From assembly GCA_963850905.1 (NCBI GenBank), contig CAWKMU010000003.1, forward strand, positions 864,001-928,000: 64,000 nt of DNA. The letters are read 5' to 3'. The notes beneath the pieces are model-generated. The model did no database searches. It had not been told where the DNA came from and worked only from the letters and a program-made list of their open reading frames with translations. Shown piece by piece: positions 53,514 through 63,057 of the stretch. This stretch comes from an uncultured Gemmatimonadales bacterium (GTDB lineage: Bacteria; Gemmatimonadota; Gemmatimonadetes; Gemmatimonadales; Gemmatimonadaceae). The position numbers were made by a program, and so were the translations under genes. Numbering within the stretch: the first letter of the stretch is position 1; each line of letters begins with the position of its first letter.

Positions 53514-55298
53514 CTCTCGGCTCGCTGCCCGCGCCGCGGCCGTGTCCCCGATCGCCGTCAGCATGGTCACATAGCTGCGCCGTAGTAACCGGTCACGCGG
53601 GTGATCACTCAGCGCCAACCGATAGGCCGCGTCGGCGTCGTGGACGTCGTCGACGCGCTGCGCCGCCTGGGTCAATACCATGATCGCCTCGACGGAGTCG
53701 CGGTCGAGCAGGTAGGCCCGGCGCGCCAGCGCTATCGTCCCGCGATAGTCGCCCGCGGCGTACTGCAGCCAGGCGTGCCGCATGAGATCCGGGTATGCAC
53801 CCGGCTCGATCAATCGCGCGCTGTCCAGCAGGCGCTCCGCTGCACGAGCGCCGGAGTCGCCCCGCCTCACCAGCATCCACGCCGCCGCTTGATACAGGTA
53901 CGGGTCTTGGTTGTACAGCGCTCGGGCGATCTGGTACTCGCGCAGCGCGGTCGTCGTGTCGCCCTCGCGCTCGAACACGTCGGCGACGCGCTCGTGCGCC
54001 CGATACGACTCGGGCTCGTCGTGCAGCGACGCGACAATCGCCGTCTTGTTATCTCGCCAGATCGGCGTTCGTGTCCAGCTGCGGGCGGCGCATGCCGCGA
54101 TGAGGGCGGCCGCCAGGGCCGGCCAGGCCGCGCGCGCCCGCGTCATCGGTCGGCGCTCCCACAGCCACCCCACGGCAATGGCGACGGCCAGACTGGGCAG
54201 GTACAACGTACGCTCGGCGACCACGATGCCCGACGGGAAAAACACGTTCGCGACCGGAGCCACCGCGATCACGAACGCCGCGACTGCGAAAGCGATGGCC
54301 GGCGCAGTGCGCCGCGCCCGTACGGCGAGCACAGTCGATGCAGCGATGATCACAAGACCCAGCAAGACCCGAACGGTCAATCCGTGCGCGATCGTGATCA
54401 CCTGTGGCATGTAGTCGACGTGCAGGCGAGCCGGGACCACCATCAGACGGAGATACTCGGTGGCGTCGCCGATTGCGGTCAACCAGCGCGCCCCCAGTGA
54501 GCTGTGCGTCCAGGGCGCGGCGATCCGCACCATCGGCCTGCCGCTGAAGACGAGTAGAAGGATCGCTCCGTACAGCGCCGTGACGGTAGCGTACGCGGCG
54601 TACAGTGCTCGTCGTGGGAGCGGTCGCGCGGTGGACGCTGTCATGTCGGCCGCGTGGGTCGCCGGGTCGACGCCGCCCCACCCCAGCACCAGATCGGCGG
54701 CGGCGGCGAGCCCCAAGAACGTGATCCCCGTTTCCTTGGACGCGAGGGCAGCGGCGTACAGCAGGATCGCCACCCAGCGACCGCGGCGGTGCGCGAGCAG
54801 CGCCGCGAGCACGAAGGCCGTGCACATCAACTCGCTCCGGCCCACCAGATTGGCGACCGCTTCGACGTGCACGGGGTGGACCGCGAACACCAGTGCGCCG
54901 ACGATCGCAGCGCCGGGCGCGAGCATTGTCGCCAACAGCCGCCAGATGAGCAGGCACACGAGGACGTGCCAGCCAACATTGACAGCATGCAGCCATACGG
55001 GGGAACCGTGCGAGAGCGACCAATCGACCGCAAACGACGCGATCGTGAGCGGGCGGTATTGCCCGGCCTTGGTGGCCTCTGGCCAGTAGCTGTGTGCGAA
55101 CGATCGCACAACGCCTGACAGCGAGTGGACGAGAGGATTGCGGGCGATCACATCATTGTCGTCCAGCGCGAATCCGTTCCCAAGTGCATTCGCGTAGCCC
55201 AGTGCCGCGGTCGCGGCGACGATGCTGGCCGCGACCGATCGTCTGGTTCGCCAATGTGCTTCCGATCCGTCAGGGGCCTGCTCGAGGATCGCCCGCAT
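53502..55298 (-). CDS. TMTC-like GT-C membrane glycosyltransferase with C-terminal TPR-like repeats
   Basis: GFALDD, YRPL, HPVHVEAVA..GR, SKE, AERTLYLP. Confidence 0.82.
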   Translation of the reverse strand: MRAILEQAPDGSEAHWRTRRSVAASIVAATAALGYANALGNGFALDDNDVIARNPLVHSLSGVVRSFAHSYWPEATKAGQYRPLTIASFAVDWSLSHGSPVWLHAVNVGWHVLVCLLIWRLLATMLAPGAAIVGALVFAVHPVHVEAVANLVGRSELMCTAFVLAALLAHRRGRWVAILLYAAALASKETGITFLGLAAAADLVLGWGGVDPATHAADMTASTARPLPRRALYAAYATVTALYGAILLLVFSGRPMVRIAAPWTHSSLGARWLTAIGDATEYLRLMVVPARLHVDYMPQVITIAHGLTVRVLLGLVIIAASTVLAVRARRTAPAIAFAVAAFVIAVAPVANVFFPSGIVVAERTLYLPSLAVAIAVGWLWERRPMTRARAAWPALAAALIAACAARSWTRTPIWRDNKTAIVASLHDEPESYRAHERVADVFEREGDTTTALREYQIARALYNQDPYLYQAAAWMLVRRGDSGARAAERLLDSARLIEPGAYPDLMRHAWLQYAAGDYRGTIALARRAYLLDRDSVEAIMVLTQAAQRVDDVHDADAAYRLALSDHPRDRLLRRSYVTMLTAIGDTAAARAASREARR

Positions 55299-55303
55299 GC
55301 CGC

Positions 55304-56440
55304 TTACGCCGCGCGTGACTGGCTGGGGAGACGCGGCGGAATGATGGGCACCGCCACCGCCGAAGCAATCGATGTCTGGCGTCGCTGCCAGCGCACACTA
55401 GCCGAGACGATGGCGGCGAACGCCAGCGGGATGATGACGAAGACGAGCGGAGTCCCGCTGAACGCATTCACGAGGTACGCCTTACTGGGGTTGCCGGGAT
55501 CGACGTACGCGGTCACACGCTGACCGGGTCGAAAACGATGCGAGATGTCAGAGGCCCAGGTCCAGCTCCGCGACTCGGGAATGATCGTGACCGATGCAGA
55601 CGTGTAGCTGATGCCTTCGACCCGATACGTGTACGCCACCGCGGGTCTGTAGCTCGTTCCGCCTTTGGATCCCCGGACCGCATCGATGTGCGATTCCAGG
55701 ACGACGGCGGGCACGGCCCGCCATGTCGCGAGGCGCTCGAGCTCCACGACGACGCCTGCGGCGCCTGCGGCCGCGAAAAGGCCCAGAATGGCCATCACAC
55801 ATCCCAGATTCTGTAGAGCGGGCGAGCGAGTTGGTGGAACCACGTTTGTCACGCCGCGTGGCGTGGCACGGATCGGCACAACGCCGGGAGCAGGTGTCGG
55901 GCGAGCGATCTCGGTGGGCGCCGCGCCACTGCGCGCGGCGGCTGCGTCCCATCCCCCGAAAGCCCGCGCGGCGGCCGCGCAAGCGGCCTGGGTGCCGACG
56001 TCACTGGTCAACATCGTCGTCCATGGGAGACGGGATCCGTCGCGCAAGACGAAGACGATTCGGTATGCGGAGCCTCCCCGACTGGGTCCGTCGATGATGG
56101 AATTCGATTCGAGCGCAATGTCACGGACCTCAGAGAACTGCAATTCGGTTGCTTTGGAGGCGGTGACAGCACCCATTCGAATCAACTGGACGACCTTCCG
56201 AGTGCGGTCAAAAACGATCTGCCGACTGGACGCGGTCACGGCGATGGCCGTCCCCACGATTGTGAAGCTCCCACAGACCACCCACGCGACCCAGATGCCG
56301 TGGTCCTTCGAGTGCCCGCCCCAGATCAACCCGGCGAGCACGACTGCTCCGAACACGCCGAACGCCATGCCGAACAGGCGCGCGCTCCACGCGCCTTGGC
56401 GGAGGACGAGATGATCCGATGACTGGTCGACGATCTGCAT
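55304..56440 (-). CDS. DUF3592 domain membrane protein
   Basis: W..VPA.V, Y.P.V.YTY.V.G, G..V..YVDP.NP. Confidence 0.75.
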   Translation of the reverse strand: MQIVDQSSDHLVLRQGAWSARLFGMAFGVFGAVVLAGLIWGGHSKDHGIWVAWVVCGSFTIVGTAIAVTASSRQIVFDRTRKVVQLIRMGAVTASKATELQFSEVRDIALESNSIIDGPSRGGSAYRIVFVLRDGSRLPWTTMLTSDVGTQAACAAAARAFGGWDAAAARSGAAPTEIARPTPAPGVVPIRATPRGVTNVVPPTRSPALQNLGCVMAILGLFAAAGAAGVVVELERLATWRAVPAVVLESHIDAVRGSKGGTSYRPAVAYTYRVEGISYTSASVTIIPESRSWTWASDISHRFRPGQRVTAYVDPGNPSKAYLVNAFSGTPLVFVIIPLAFAAIVSASVRWQRRQTSIASAVAVPIIPPRLPSQSRAA

Positions 56441-56690
56441 CGTGGGATCCGTAGCGAGCTGTTGGCCGAACAACGTCACCCTGCTGCCATACAGGACAGA
56501 CGAATTGGCAGGCACACCGCTACGGGCGCCGGGCACCCGACCGCGTCAACGGGCCGAAGCCCATCACTCGACGAGTCGCCAACGACGCGCCGGCTACATC
56601 TGCGCGCGCCTCCTGCGTAGCGCCACGCTACGACGCAGCGACGCGCGAAATGGCGTGTTACGCGGGAGCACGTTCGTGCGTCGGCCGCTC

Positions 56691-57503
56691 ATGCAGTGTT
56701 TGGCGCCGTTCGAGCCCCGCGAAGCCGGCCCCCGTGGGGCTGCCGCGACGAGGCTTTCCTGGTTTGTCATCGCCGTCGCGGTCAGCGTCGGGCTCGGACT
56801 CCTTCTCATCATGAATTGGCGAGAGGTCATCGCCACGCTCCATTGCCACACCGTCCTCCAAGCCGAGCTCGCGATCTGCGCGGGGACGCTCGCTGGATTG
56901 CTTCTCAGCCGGATGGAAGTCAACCCGATCACGCAACGGCGCATCGCCGCGCTTGACCAACTCTATGAGCGCGCGGCCTCGGCTCCTGCACGCGTAGAGC
57001 CTGGCTACACCCACTATCTGCCCTGCGTCGTCCTGTTGACCAATGATCCGTCGGCGAACGTCGTGGCGGAAGTCCGCGCGCGGTCGGAGGGAACCCTGTT
57101 GAAGACTGCCGCCGGTGCGGTCCTCTACTTCGGGCCCAAGGGCGTGCTGCTGTCGAGTCCCCATGACCACCCCGATCCGAGCGGGATCGCCGGCGTCGTC
57201 GAGTCGATTCCTGCCTCGACGCGGTCGCGCCAGCGGACCTGGCTCCGGGCTCGGCCGGTGCCACCCCGTCTTGCGACCACCGATTTGGGGACCGTGCGGG
57301 AGGTGACCGCGGTGTCCGTCGCGCTGCCGCAAGGCCAACTCGCGCGGGTCGCCCGCATGCAGCCCAAGAATGCCATGCTGCTGCGATGGCCCCGGGGTCA
57401 GGCACTCATTGCCGTCCCGTCCATCGGCGACACCCTGCCACGACTGCACCGCTGCTTGGATGAGCTGCGGTGGGCCGCGGACGCTGCGCGTCCGAGAAAG
57501 TAG
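56691..57503 (+). CDS. Hypothetical membrane protein
   Basis: Long ORF with two N-terminal hydrophobic helices. Confidence 0.5.
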   Translation: MQCLAPFEPREAGPRGAAATRLSWFVIAVAVSVGLGLLLIMNWREVIATLHCHTVLQAELAICAGTLAGLLLSRMEVNPITQRRIAALDQLYERAASAPARVEPGYTHYLPCVVLLTNDPSANVVAEVRARSEGTLLKTAAGAVLYFGPKGVLLSSPHDHPDPSGIAGVVESIPASTRSRQRTWLRARPVPPRLATTDLGTVREVTAVSVALPQGQLARVARMQPKNAMLLRWPRGQALIAVPSIGDTLPRLHRCLDELRWAADAARPRK

Positions 57504-57590
57504 AACCACAGAAAGTAGAAAGTGGACAAACTGCGCTTCGAGACTCGAGGTCCGCCGCTGGTGTTCACCTTCTACTCTCTGTAGGTCTCG
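57495..57590. repeat. Heptamer element, AGAAAGT type
   Basis: AGAAAGTAGAACCACAGAAAGTAGAAAGTGGACAAAC ... CTTCTACTCTCT; left arm shared with 36351. Confidence 0.7.
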
Positions 57591-57694
57591 TCCCTCCAGC
57601 GCGAAGCGCCGGCCACGTTGCGGTTCCCTTGCCGACACCGTCCTCAGAGTCGAACGCGATTCGCAGGTCCACTTTTCCGCCCATTGGAGGCCCA

Positions 57695-58051
57695 GTGGCC
57701 GACCCTGTATCGAAGCCCGCCAACCCGGCCGGCGCGACCGCTGGCAAATCTGCGCCCTCGTCGCCCACCCCCGCGCCAACTGGCGGAGCGGCCCCAAAAT
57801 CGGTACCCGCGCCCACCGCGGCACCCAAGCCAATCGCCTCGATCGATGACTTGATCGAGCGCGCCGAGGACCGGCTCATCCCGAAGGGATCGACAGTTCG
57901 CGTGTCGCCCGACAACCCGGATGTCGCCTCAAAGGCCCGCCAGGAAGAGCTCGAAGACAGTCTCCAAGCGTGCGGTATCAAGGTCATCTGGGATAAATCG
58001 CTCGGGACGACGGAGATAGTGGTGGAGGCAGCAAAGGGCGGGAAGAAGTAG
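57695..58051 (+). CDS. Small hypothetical protein, Pro/Ala-rich N-terminus
   Basis: GGAGG RBS before the GTG; globular-looking C-terminus. Confidence 0.55.
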   Translation: MADPVSKPANPAGATAGKSAPSSPTPAPTGGAAPKSVPAPTAAPKPIASIDDLIERAEDRLIPKGSTVRVSPDNPDVASKARQEELEDSLQACGIKVIWDKSLGTTEIVVEAAKGGKK

Positions 58052-58059
58052 GTAGGAGA

Positions 58060-58167
58060 TAGACGCTAGACGCTCGACGCTGGACGCTAGAAAAAACCTC
58101 GAGGGCCAGCCCAATGCACTGCGGCTGGCCCTCGAGGTTTGTTCCAGCGTCTAACGTCTAACGTCTA
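58060..58167. repeat. Palindromic intergenic element, GACGCTR type (best-preserved core)
   Basis: Perfect 18-bp IR AAACCTCGAGGGCCAGCC (58094-58111) / GGCTGGCCCTCGAGGTTT (58123-58140); loop CAATGCACTGC. Confidence 0.95.
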
Positions 58168-58671
58168 TTTCCTGTCATACACCGCGATGAAATGCACTGG
58201 AATGCCGCCGCCCATGCTCAACTGCAGGTTGACGTCGCGGACGTACGACCTCTTGTCCGGCGTGAGATACTCGCGGCTCGCCTGCGTCGCCACCTTCTGA
58301 CCTGCGACGGTGATCTCTCCGGTGCTGGTGGTCGTATCCCCATGCATCGTGAAGACCGCGTGGATGGAGCTTGCCGGTTGTCCGTTTTGCGGCGCCACGC
58401 TGTTCGTGACTTCGCCGTCGCCGACCGGGAACTCGAACGTCATATGTGAAGGGCCTTCGGGCGAGATCGTGTTTTCATCCACATGATACATCCCGCCAGA
58501 CCGCGTGATGATTAGTGAGTCCATCGTCGGCGCAGGCGAATTCCCGAAGGAGCTTTTCGAGAGGTTGAGCACCCACCGGCCTGAGAGGTCGCTCGGCTGG
58601 GCCGCGATCTCGCCAATCGGGAGGAGGAGCAGAACGAGGATGCGAAGTACCGTCATTCGGCCCATGGTCAC
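58165..58671 (-). CDS. Secreted lipocalin-like hypothetical protein
   Basis: Signal peptide; DLSGRWVLNLSKSSFG, REYL.PD; paralog of the next gene. Confidence 0.75.
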   Translation of the reverse strand: MTMGRMTVLRILVLLLLPIGEIAAQPSDLSGRWVLNLSKSSFGNSPAPTMDSLIITRSGGMYHVDENTISPEGPSHMTFEFPVGDGEVTNSVAPQNGQPASSIHAVFTMHGDTTTSTGEITVAGQKVATQASREYLTPDKRSYVRDVNLQLSMGGGIPVHFIAVYDRK

Positions 58672-59204
58672 TGCCGCCTGAAAACCGCCACCACGTGCTG
58701 CAAATCTTCGTCCGGGTTCACCAGACTTTGCAGGTCATATTCACGAGTGCGGACCTTCCCGTCGGGCGAGAGATACTCGCGGCCGGACTCGATCTCGATG
58801 GCCTTTCCGGCGTGTTTGAGCTGCGAAACGAACATCGCCGTGTCACCGTGTAGCGTGACACGCGTTTGCATGCTGGCCTCCAAATCGGGAAGATCGGCCG
58901 TGGCCTCTCCCGAGCCCACCGGCCACGAGTAGGTGATGTGCGAAGCCCCCGTGTCCGTCGCATTGACTTCCACGATCTGATAAACACTTCCGACTCGTGT
59001 GTAGGTCGAGGTGTCCGAGGTCGGCGTTGGCAACAGCCCGAAGTCGCTCTTCTGCTTGTCAAGCACCCAGGTGCCGGCCAAATCCGGCACGCTCGCGCGT
59101 TGATCGGGGTTCGGACCCGAAGGGCGATTGGCCAATTGCGCGCCCGCAACCCACGCCACCGAGGGCAGTGCGCACAGACTAGCGACAACGACGAGGCGGC
59201 GCAC
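58668..59204 (-). CDS. Secreted lipocalin-like hypothetical protein
   Basis: Signal peptide; DLAGTWVLDKQKSDFG, REYLSPD. Confidence 0.75.
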   Translation of the reverse strand: MRRLVVVASLCALPSVAWVAGAQLANRPSGPNPDQRASVPDLAGTWVLDKQKSDFGLLPTPTSDTSTYTRVGSVYQIVEVNATDTGASHITYSWPVGSGEATADLPDLEASMQTRVTLHGDTAMFVSQLKHAGKAIEIESGREYLSPDGKVRTREYDLQSLVNPDEDLQHVVAVFRRQ

Positions 59205-59205
59205 G

Positions 59206-59841
59206 CTAGCTCCTCGCACCGGCAGTGGCCTTCGTCGCCTCGGACTCGAGCGCGACGACCACTTCGCCCAGCTCATCCATGATCGCCGCATCGAAGCCGA
59301 CCGCCTGCAACCGATTCAACACGCGCCGATACCAGCCGGCCATCACGTCAGGGCCACGGGCAAACCGTCCCCAAACGGTCTCCGGAAACGCGGTCCGGTT
59401 GAGATCAGCGAGGATCGCGCTCGCGTTGTGCAACTTGTCGGCTGCACAAATCCAGTGGGCTGACTCGCTGGCCTCTCCCAATCGGTCGAGATAGTCGTCC
59501 TTGCGCTCCTCCCACGAAAGGTCGACGCCGTCGTCGTCGACCTTTCGCTCCGTCACCGACAGCACAGCTGAGAGCACGTCGTTCCCGAACTTCGAGCCGA
59601 TTCGCTCCATCAAGTCCTCCCGTGTATAGCCATCGCGGACGCTGTCCTCGACGACATCATGGAGGATCCCTCCAAGCACCGTGGCCTCGCTGCAGCCGTA
59701 GCGCGTGAGGATGACCGCGACGTTCGCCGGATGGGTGAGGTACGGGAGCGCTGTGCCCTTGCGCACCTGGCGGTCGTGGTGCTTCGCCGCAAACGCGAAC
59801 GCATGATTCACCCGATCCGAATACCCCACGATTCGCGGCAT
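59206..59841 (-). CDS. Stand-alone RelA/SpoT-type HD domain protein (small alarmone hydrolase-like)
   Basis: AF.FA..HH..QVRKG...PYLTHP, ILHDVVED, ADKLHN. Confidence 0.9.
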   Translation of the reverse strand: MPRIVGYSDRVNHAFAFAAKHHDRQVRKGTALPYLTHPANVAVILTRYGCSEATVLGGILHDVVEDSVRDGYTREDLMERIGSKFGNDVLSAVLSVTERKVDDDGVDLSWEERKDDYLDRLGEASESAHWICAADKLHNASAILADLNRTAFPETVWGRFARGPDVMAGWYRRVLNRLQAVGFDAAIMDELGEVVVALESEATKATAGARS

Positions 59842-59881
59842 GGAAGGAAGGATGAGGGGACGGAGGGTTCGGGGGCAACTA

Positions 59882-59986
59882 GGGGCTGGACGCTGGACAG
59901 AAACTCAAGGCCAGCCACGGTGCATCTAGCTGGCCCCTCGAGGTTTGTCTCTAGCGTCTAGCGTCTAGCGTCCAGCGTCCAGGCCC
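59882..59986. repeat. Palindromic intergenic element, GACGCTR type
   Basis: GCTGGACGCTGGAC AGAAACTCAAGGCCAGC..GTGCAT..GCTGGCCCCTCGAGGTTTGT (CTAGCGT)n. Confidence 0.9.
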
Positions 59987-59987
59987 T

Positions 59988-60416
59988 TTACACCTGCAGC
60001 GCCACCATCAATCGCGCGTGAATCGCGAACAAGGCCGTCCCCTGCACAATCACCGCGAGGGCGGCCCCCAGAAGACCCTGTCGGGGACCGAGCTTCAGTG
60101 CGGTGAACGACAGCGCGACACCCATCACCACGACGCCGGCAGCAAGACCGGCATCGAACCAGAGAAATCGATCGAGGCGCGTCGCGGCAGCCAGGTCGCG
60201 CAGCGGGATCGCCCGCCAACGAACCGCCCCAACCAGGAGCGCGCCGCATCCCCACAGCATCGTCTGCCACGCGAAGTACGAGAGCATCACAGAGCGGGCG
60301 CGCCACACGGCGAGTGCAGCGAGCACGGCCGTGCCAGCGACGATACTGGCGGCACCCCAAAGCATCAGTCGCTCGAGGTAGACTCGCTCGAGCTGCAGCA
60401 CAGTGTCGGCAAACAT
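59988..60416 (-). CDS. Small membrane protein (DUF6992-like)
   Basis: L..WG..S...G, F..Q...WG, G.ALAVIVQG. Confidence 0.7.
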   Translation of the reverse strand: MFADTVLQLERVYLERLMLWGAASIVAGTAVLAALAVWRARSVMLSYFAWQTMLWGCGALLVGAVRWRAIPLRDLAAATRLDRFLWFDAGLAAGVVVMGVALSFTALKLGPRQGLLGAALAVIVQGTALFAIHARLMVALQV

Positions 60417-60436
60417 GGGGAAAATAGAAGAGTGGT

Positions 60437-62152
60437 CTAGCTCTCGGTCAGGCGTGGCGGCACATCGGCATCCCAGAGCACGATTCCCCGCACCCGCAGC
60501 CGTGATTCCCGCAAGGTCGCGACGGCGGCGGCGAGACGGGCGAGCGGTGTATATGCAACGCGCGCACAGACCAGCGCGTCGCGAACTGGCAAGATGCTGT
60601 CGGGACCGACTTGCGCGGCCCCCGCCGGCGCAGCGACCACCACGAGGTCGTATCGACGACCGAGCCGAATGAGCTCAGCACGCAGCTCCTCTGCCTCCGC
60701 GGTCCAGGGAACCGCCTCTTGGTCTGTCCCATCTTCGACCAGCACGGCCGGCCGAAGCTCGTCGCCGGCGCCACGCACGTCCTTGGATGAGTCCTGCACA
60801 GTGCCCGCCGGCATGACGTTGAGCGTTTGGTCGCGACCGACCACCGCGGTCACCACGATGCCACTCCAGTCCGCGACTCCCCCCAGGACGTCCGCCACTC
60901 CCGGCGCTCGACGTACCCCCAGAATGCCGGCAACGACCGACGCGTCGGTATCCGCATCGATCAGCAATGTGGTCCGCGAATCGTGCGCGCTCGCGACCGC
61001 AATGTTCGTCGCGACCGTCCCGACCACCTCGGCCTCATCGCCCGTCACCGCGACCAACGGAAATCCGAGCGCGGAGGCTGCGTCGTGGCCAGTAACGCTC
61101 AGATACACGTATCGGTAGCTCTCCGAATTGACATCGACCAATGTCGAGACGTCGCGATCCGTCCGTCGCCGCATGCGTTGCGGGTCAGGGACGCGAGGCA
61201 CGACCGTCGCCAACGTCGACACCCCCGCCACTCGGCTGGCCTCACGCGCATCGGATACCCGCGGCGTGGACAACTCTCCGCCGAATGTGACGGCAAAGCC
61301 GACGGCCAGCCCCAACACGAGCGCGGCCGCCATCAACGCGAGCGGGGGTGCGTTCCCCGCTGCGAGTGATCGCGCGCGGTCAGCTTGCGCGTCCAGTGTC
61401 ACATCCAGCCGACGCGCTCCGGCGAGCGCCAGGGCGGCGCGGGCCGCCACCCGCCGCACCGAATCGACGCGCATCCGGGCTGGCATCGTGTCGACCCCGA
61501 CTCGTGACGGCGGGGGAGGTGGCAGCTTCGCGACATCGGCATCGAGTGTGGCGAGGCGGGCCGCCGCGATGGTCTCCATCGCTCGGCCAATCGAGGTCAA
61601 GCGCGCCGTGAGAGCGAGGTAGACCGGGTCCGACCGTCCACCCGACGAGATCGCGTCGCGGGCACGACTGAGAACAGCCAGCGAGTCGAGGAGCGAGCGG
61701 ACGTGGACGTTCTTCTCGAGCGCGCGGGCGGCGCCCAATCCACGATACGAAGTCGGCAGCGGTGATCGGGTGGCGCGCGCGAGGAGCGATGCGAGCTCGA
61801 CGCGGTCCGAGACGAGCGAGTCGCGGCGGGTGGCTCCTTCGGGGTATCCGTGCCACGCCAGCAATGATTCGCGCACAGCCTGTTCATGCGCCTGCCTGCG
61901 GGCTCGGTCTCGCCCGAGCGCTCGTTCGGCGTCGGTGGTCTCGAGGCGCAACTGGTCGATCCGCCGCAGCATCGCGGCGGTGTCCGGCCTCGTGCGTGTC
62001 TGGTCGAGCATCCGCTCCGCTCGGCGCGTGGCCTCGTGGGGAATCAGGATCAGCGTCAACAGCGCAGCGATGAAGGCCGTCGAACTCACCCCGATGATCC
62101 GCAGCGGACGACGGAGCGCATTGCGCGCGCGCGCCGCCAGCCACTGCGTCAC
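60437..62152 (-). CDS. Wzc/CpsD-like membrane protein with degenerate P-loop domain
   Basis: TM, coiled coil, TM, then ESYR, TLLIDAD, PG..DVL, V.PAG, YDLVVV.APA; Walker A absent. Confidence 0.75.
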   Translation of the reverse strand: MTQWLAARARNALRRPLRIIGVSSTAFIAALLTLILIPHEATRRAERMLDQTRTRPDTAAMLRRIDQLRLETTDAERALGRDRARRQAHEQAVRESLLAWHGYPEGATRRDSLVSDRVELASLLARATRSPLPTSYRGLGAARALEKNVHVRSLLDSLAVLSRARDAISSGGRSDPVYLALTARLTSIGRAMETIAAARLATLDADVAKLPPPPPSRVGVDTMPARMRVDSVRRVAARAALALAGARRLDVTLDAQADRARSLAAGNAPPLALMAAALVLGLAVGFAVTFGGELSTPRVSDAREASRVAGVSTLATVVPRVPDPQRMRRRTDRDVSTLVDVNSESYRYVYLSVTGHDAASALGFPLVAVTGDEAEVVGTVATNIAVASAHDSRTTLLIDADTDASVVAGILGVRRAPGVADVLGGVADWSGIVVTAVVGRDQTLNVMPAGTVQDSSKDVRGAGDELRPAVLVEDGTDQEAVPWTAEAEELRAELIRLGRRYDLVVVAAPAGAAQVGPDSILPVRDALVCARVAYTPLARLAAAVATLRESRLRVRGIVLWDADVPPRLTES

Positions 62153-62277
62153 CGTCGCCGTCGTCGGGGCCGACGGTTCGAGGTCGGGTAGGAGTGTCGG
62201 AGCTACAGTCAGAGTTCAGCTAGCAGCCGCTGCACACCGCACGCGGCCCGCCAACCGGATATCGCGCCCGCTACGTC

Positions 62278-62844
62278 CTATTGGACGGTCACCTGGCCCT
62301 GCATGCCAAGCGCCAGGTGGGGCGTGCAGTTGAAATCGTAGACGCCAGGCTTCACACCCGCGAACGATACCGTGTAGCGCTCGTTCGGCGTCATGAGGAG
62401 CGGACCATCGAGTGGAGCCATCTTCGCAGCGGGCCCTGTGCTCGTCTGCGCCGGCATGTTCGCGTCGAGTTGTGCCTTTGACGGGTCCGGCACCGCGCCG
62501 AATGCGACGTTGTGCGGGCCCTGGCTCACGTTGACGAACCTGATGCCGTCACCGACCTTGATGGTGAGGTTTGCCGGCTCGAAGCGGTACCCTTTCTCGT
62601 CACCGATCATCTTCACGACCACCGTCTTGCCTGTGATGGGCAGTGGCGATGCCACGCTGGTCGCTGCGGGCGCAGGAGCGGCTGTCGGGGCAACCGCGGC
62701 AGAGTTGGCCGGCGCGGCTGTGCCGGGCGCGGGCCTCGCGGCAGCGCCGCCGGACGTTTTGTCACCGCCGCCGCACGCGGCAAGCGCCGTCACACCGGCC
62801 GCCAGCATCGCCCACGAACACCGCATCCTGGACAACCCCCGCAT
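62278..62844 (-). CDS. Plastocyanin/azurin family blue-copper lipoprotein
   Basis: Lipobox LAAC, Ala/Pro linker, FEP..L, PHNVAF, CTPHLALGM (His, Cys, His, Met ligands). Confidence 0.93.
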   Translation of the reverse strand: MRGLSRMRCSWAMLAAGVTALAACGGGDKTSGGAAARPAPGTAAPANSAAVAPTAAPAPAATSVASPLPITGKTVVVKMIGDEKGYRFEPANLTIKVGDGIRFVNVSQGPHNVAFGAVPDPSKAQLDANMPAQTSTGPAAKMAPLDGPLLMTPNERYTVSFAGVKPGVYDFNCTPHLALGMQGQVTVQ

Positions 62845-62941
62845 CGGTCACAATGTACCGTCGATGATGGCACGCACCCACCTCGCGCACGGATCGCTCA
62901 AACTACCGACCTGCGATATGGAGGGCAATCACAGAACGACA

Positions 62942-62970
62942 TGGACGTTCGACGTTGGACGTTGGACGCT
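62942..62970. repeat. Isolated left arm of the GACGYTR element
   Basis: TGGACGTTCGACGTTGGACGTTGGACGCT. Confidence 0.6.
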
Positions 62971-63057
62971 CGCTTCCTGCCGAGACAGACCCGTGAGTGA
63001 CAACAATGGTTTGTGCGCTACAATGCGCGACGGCACCAACGCTGTGGGGCAGCGCAC

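Noticed and set aside
53355..53585. ORFs with (VQRPASS)n or WTLDAGR peptides
   Set aside because: Translation artefacts of the 7-mer arrays.
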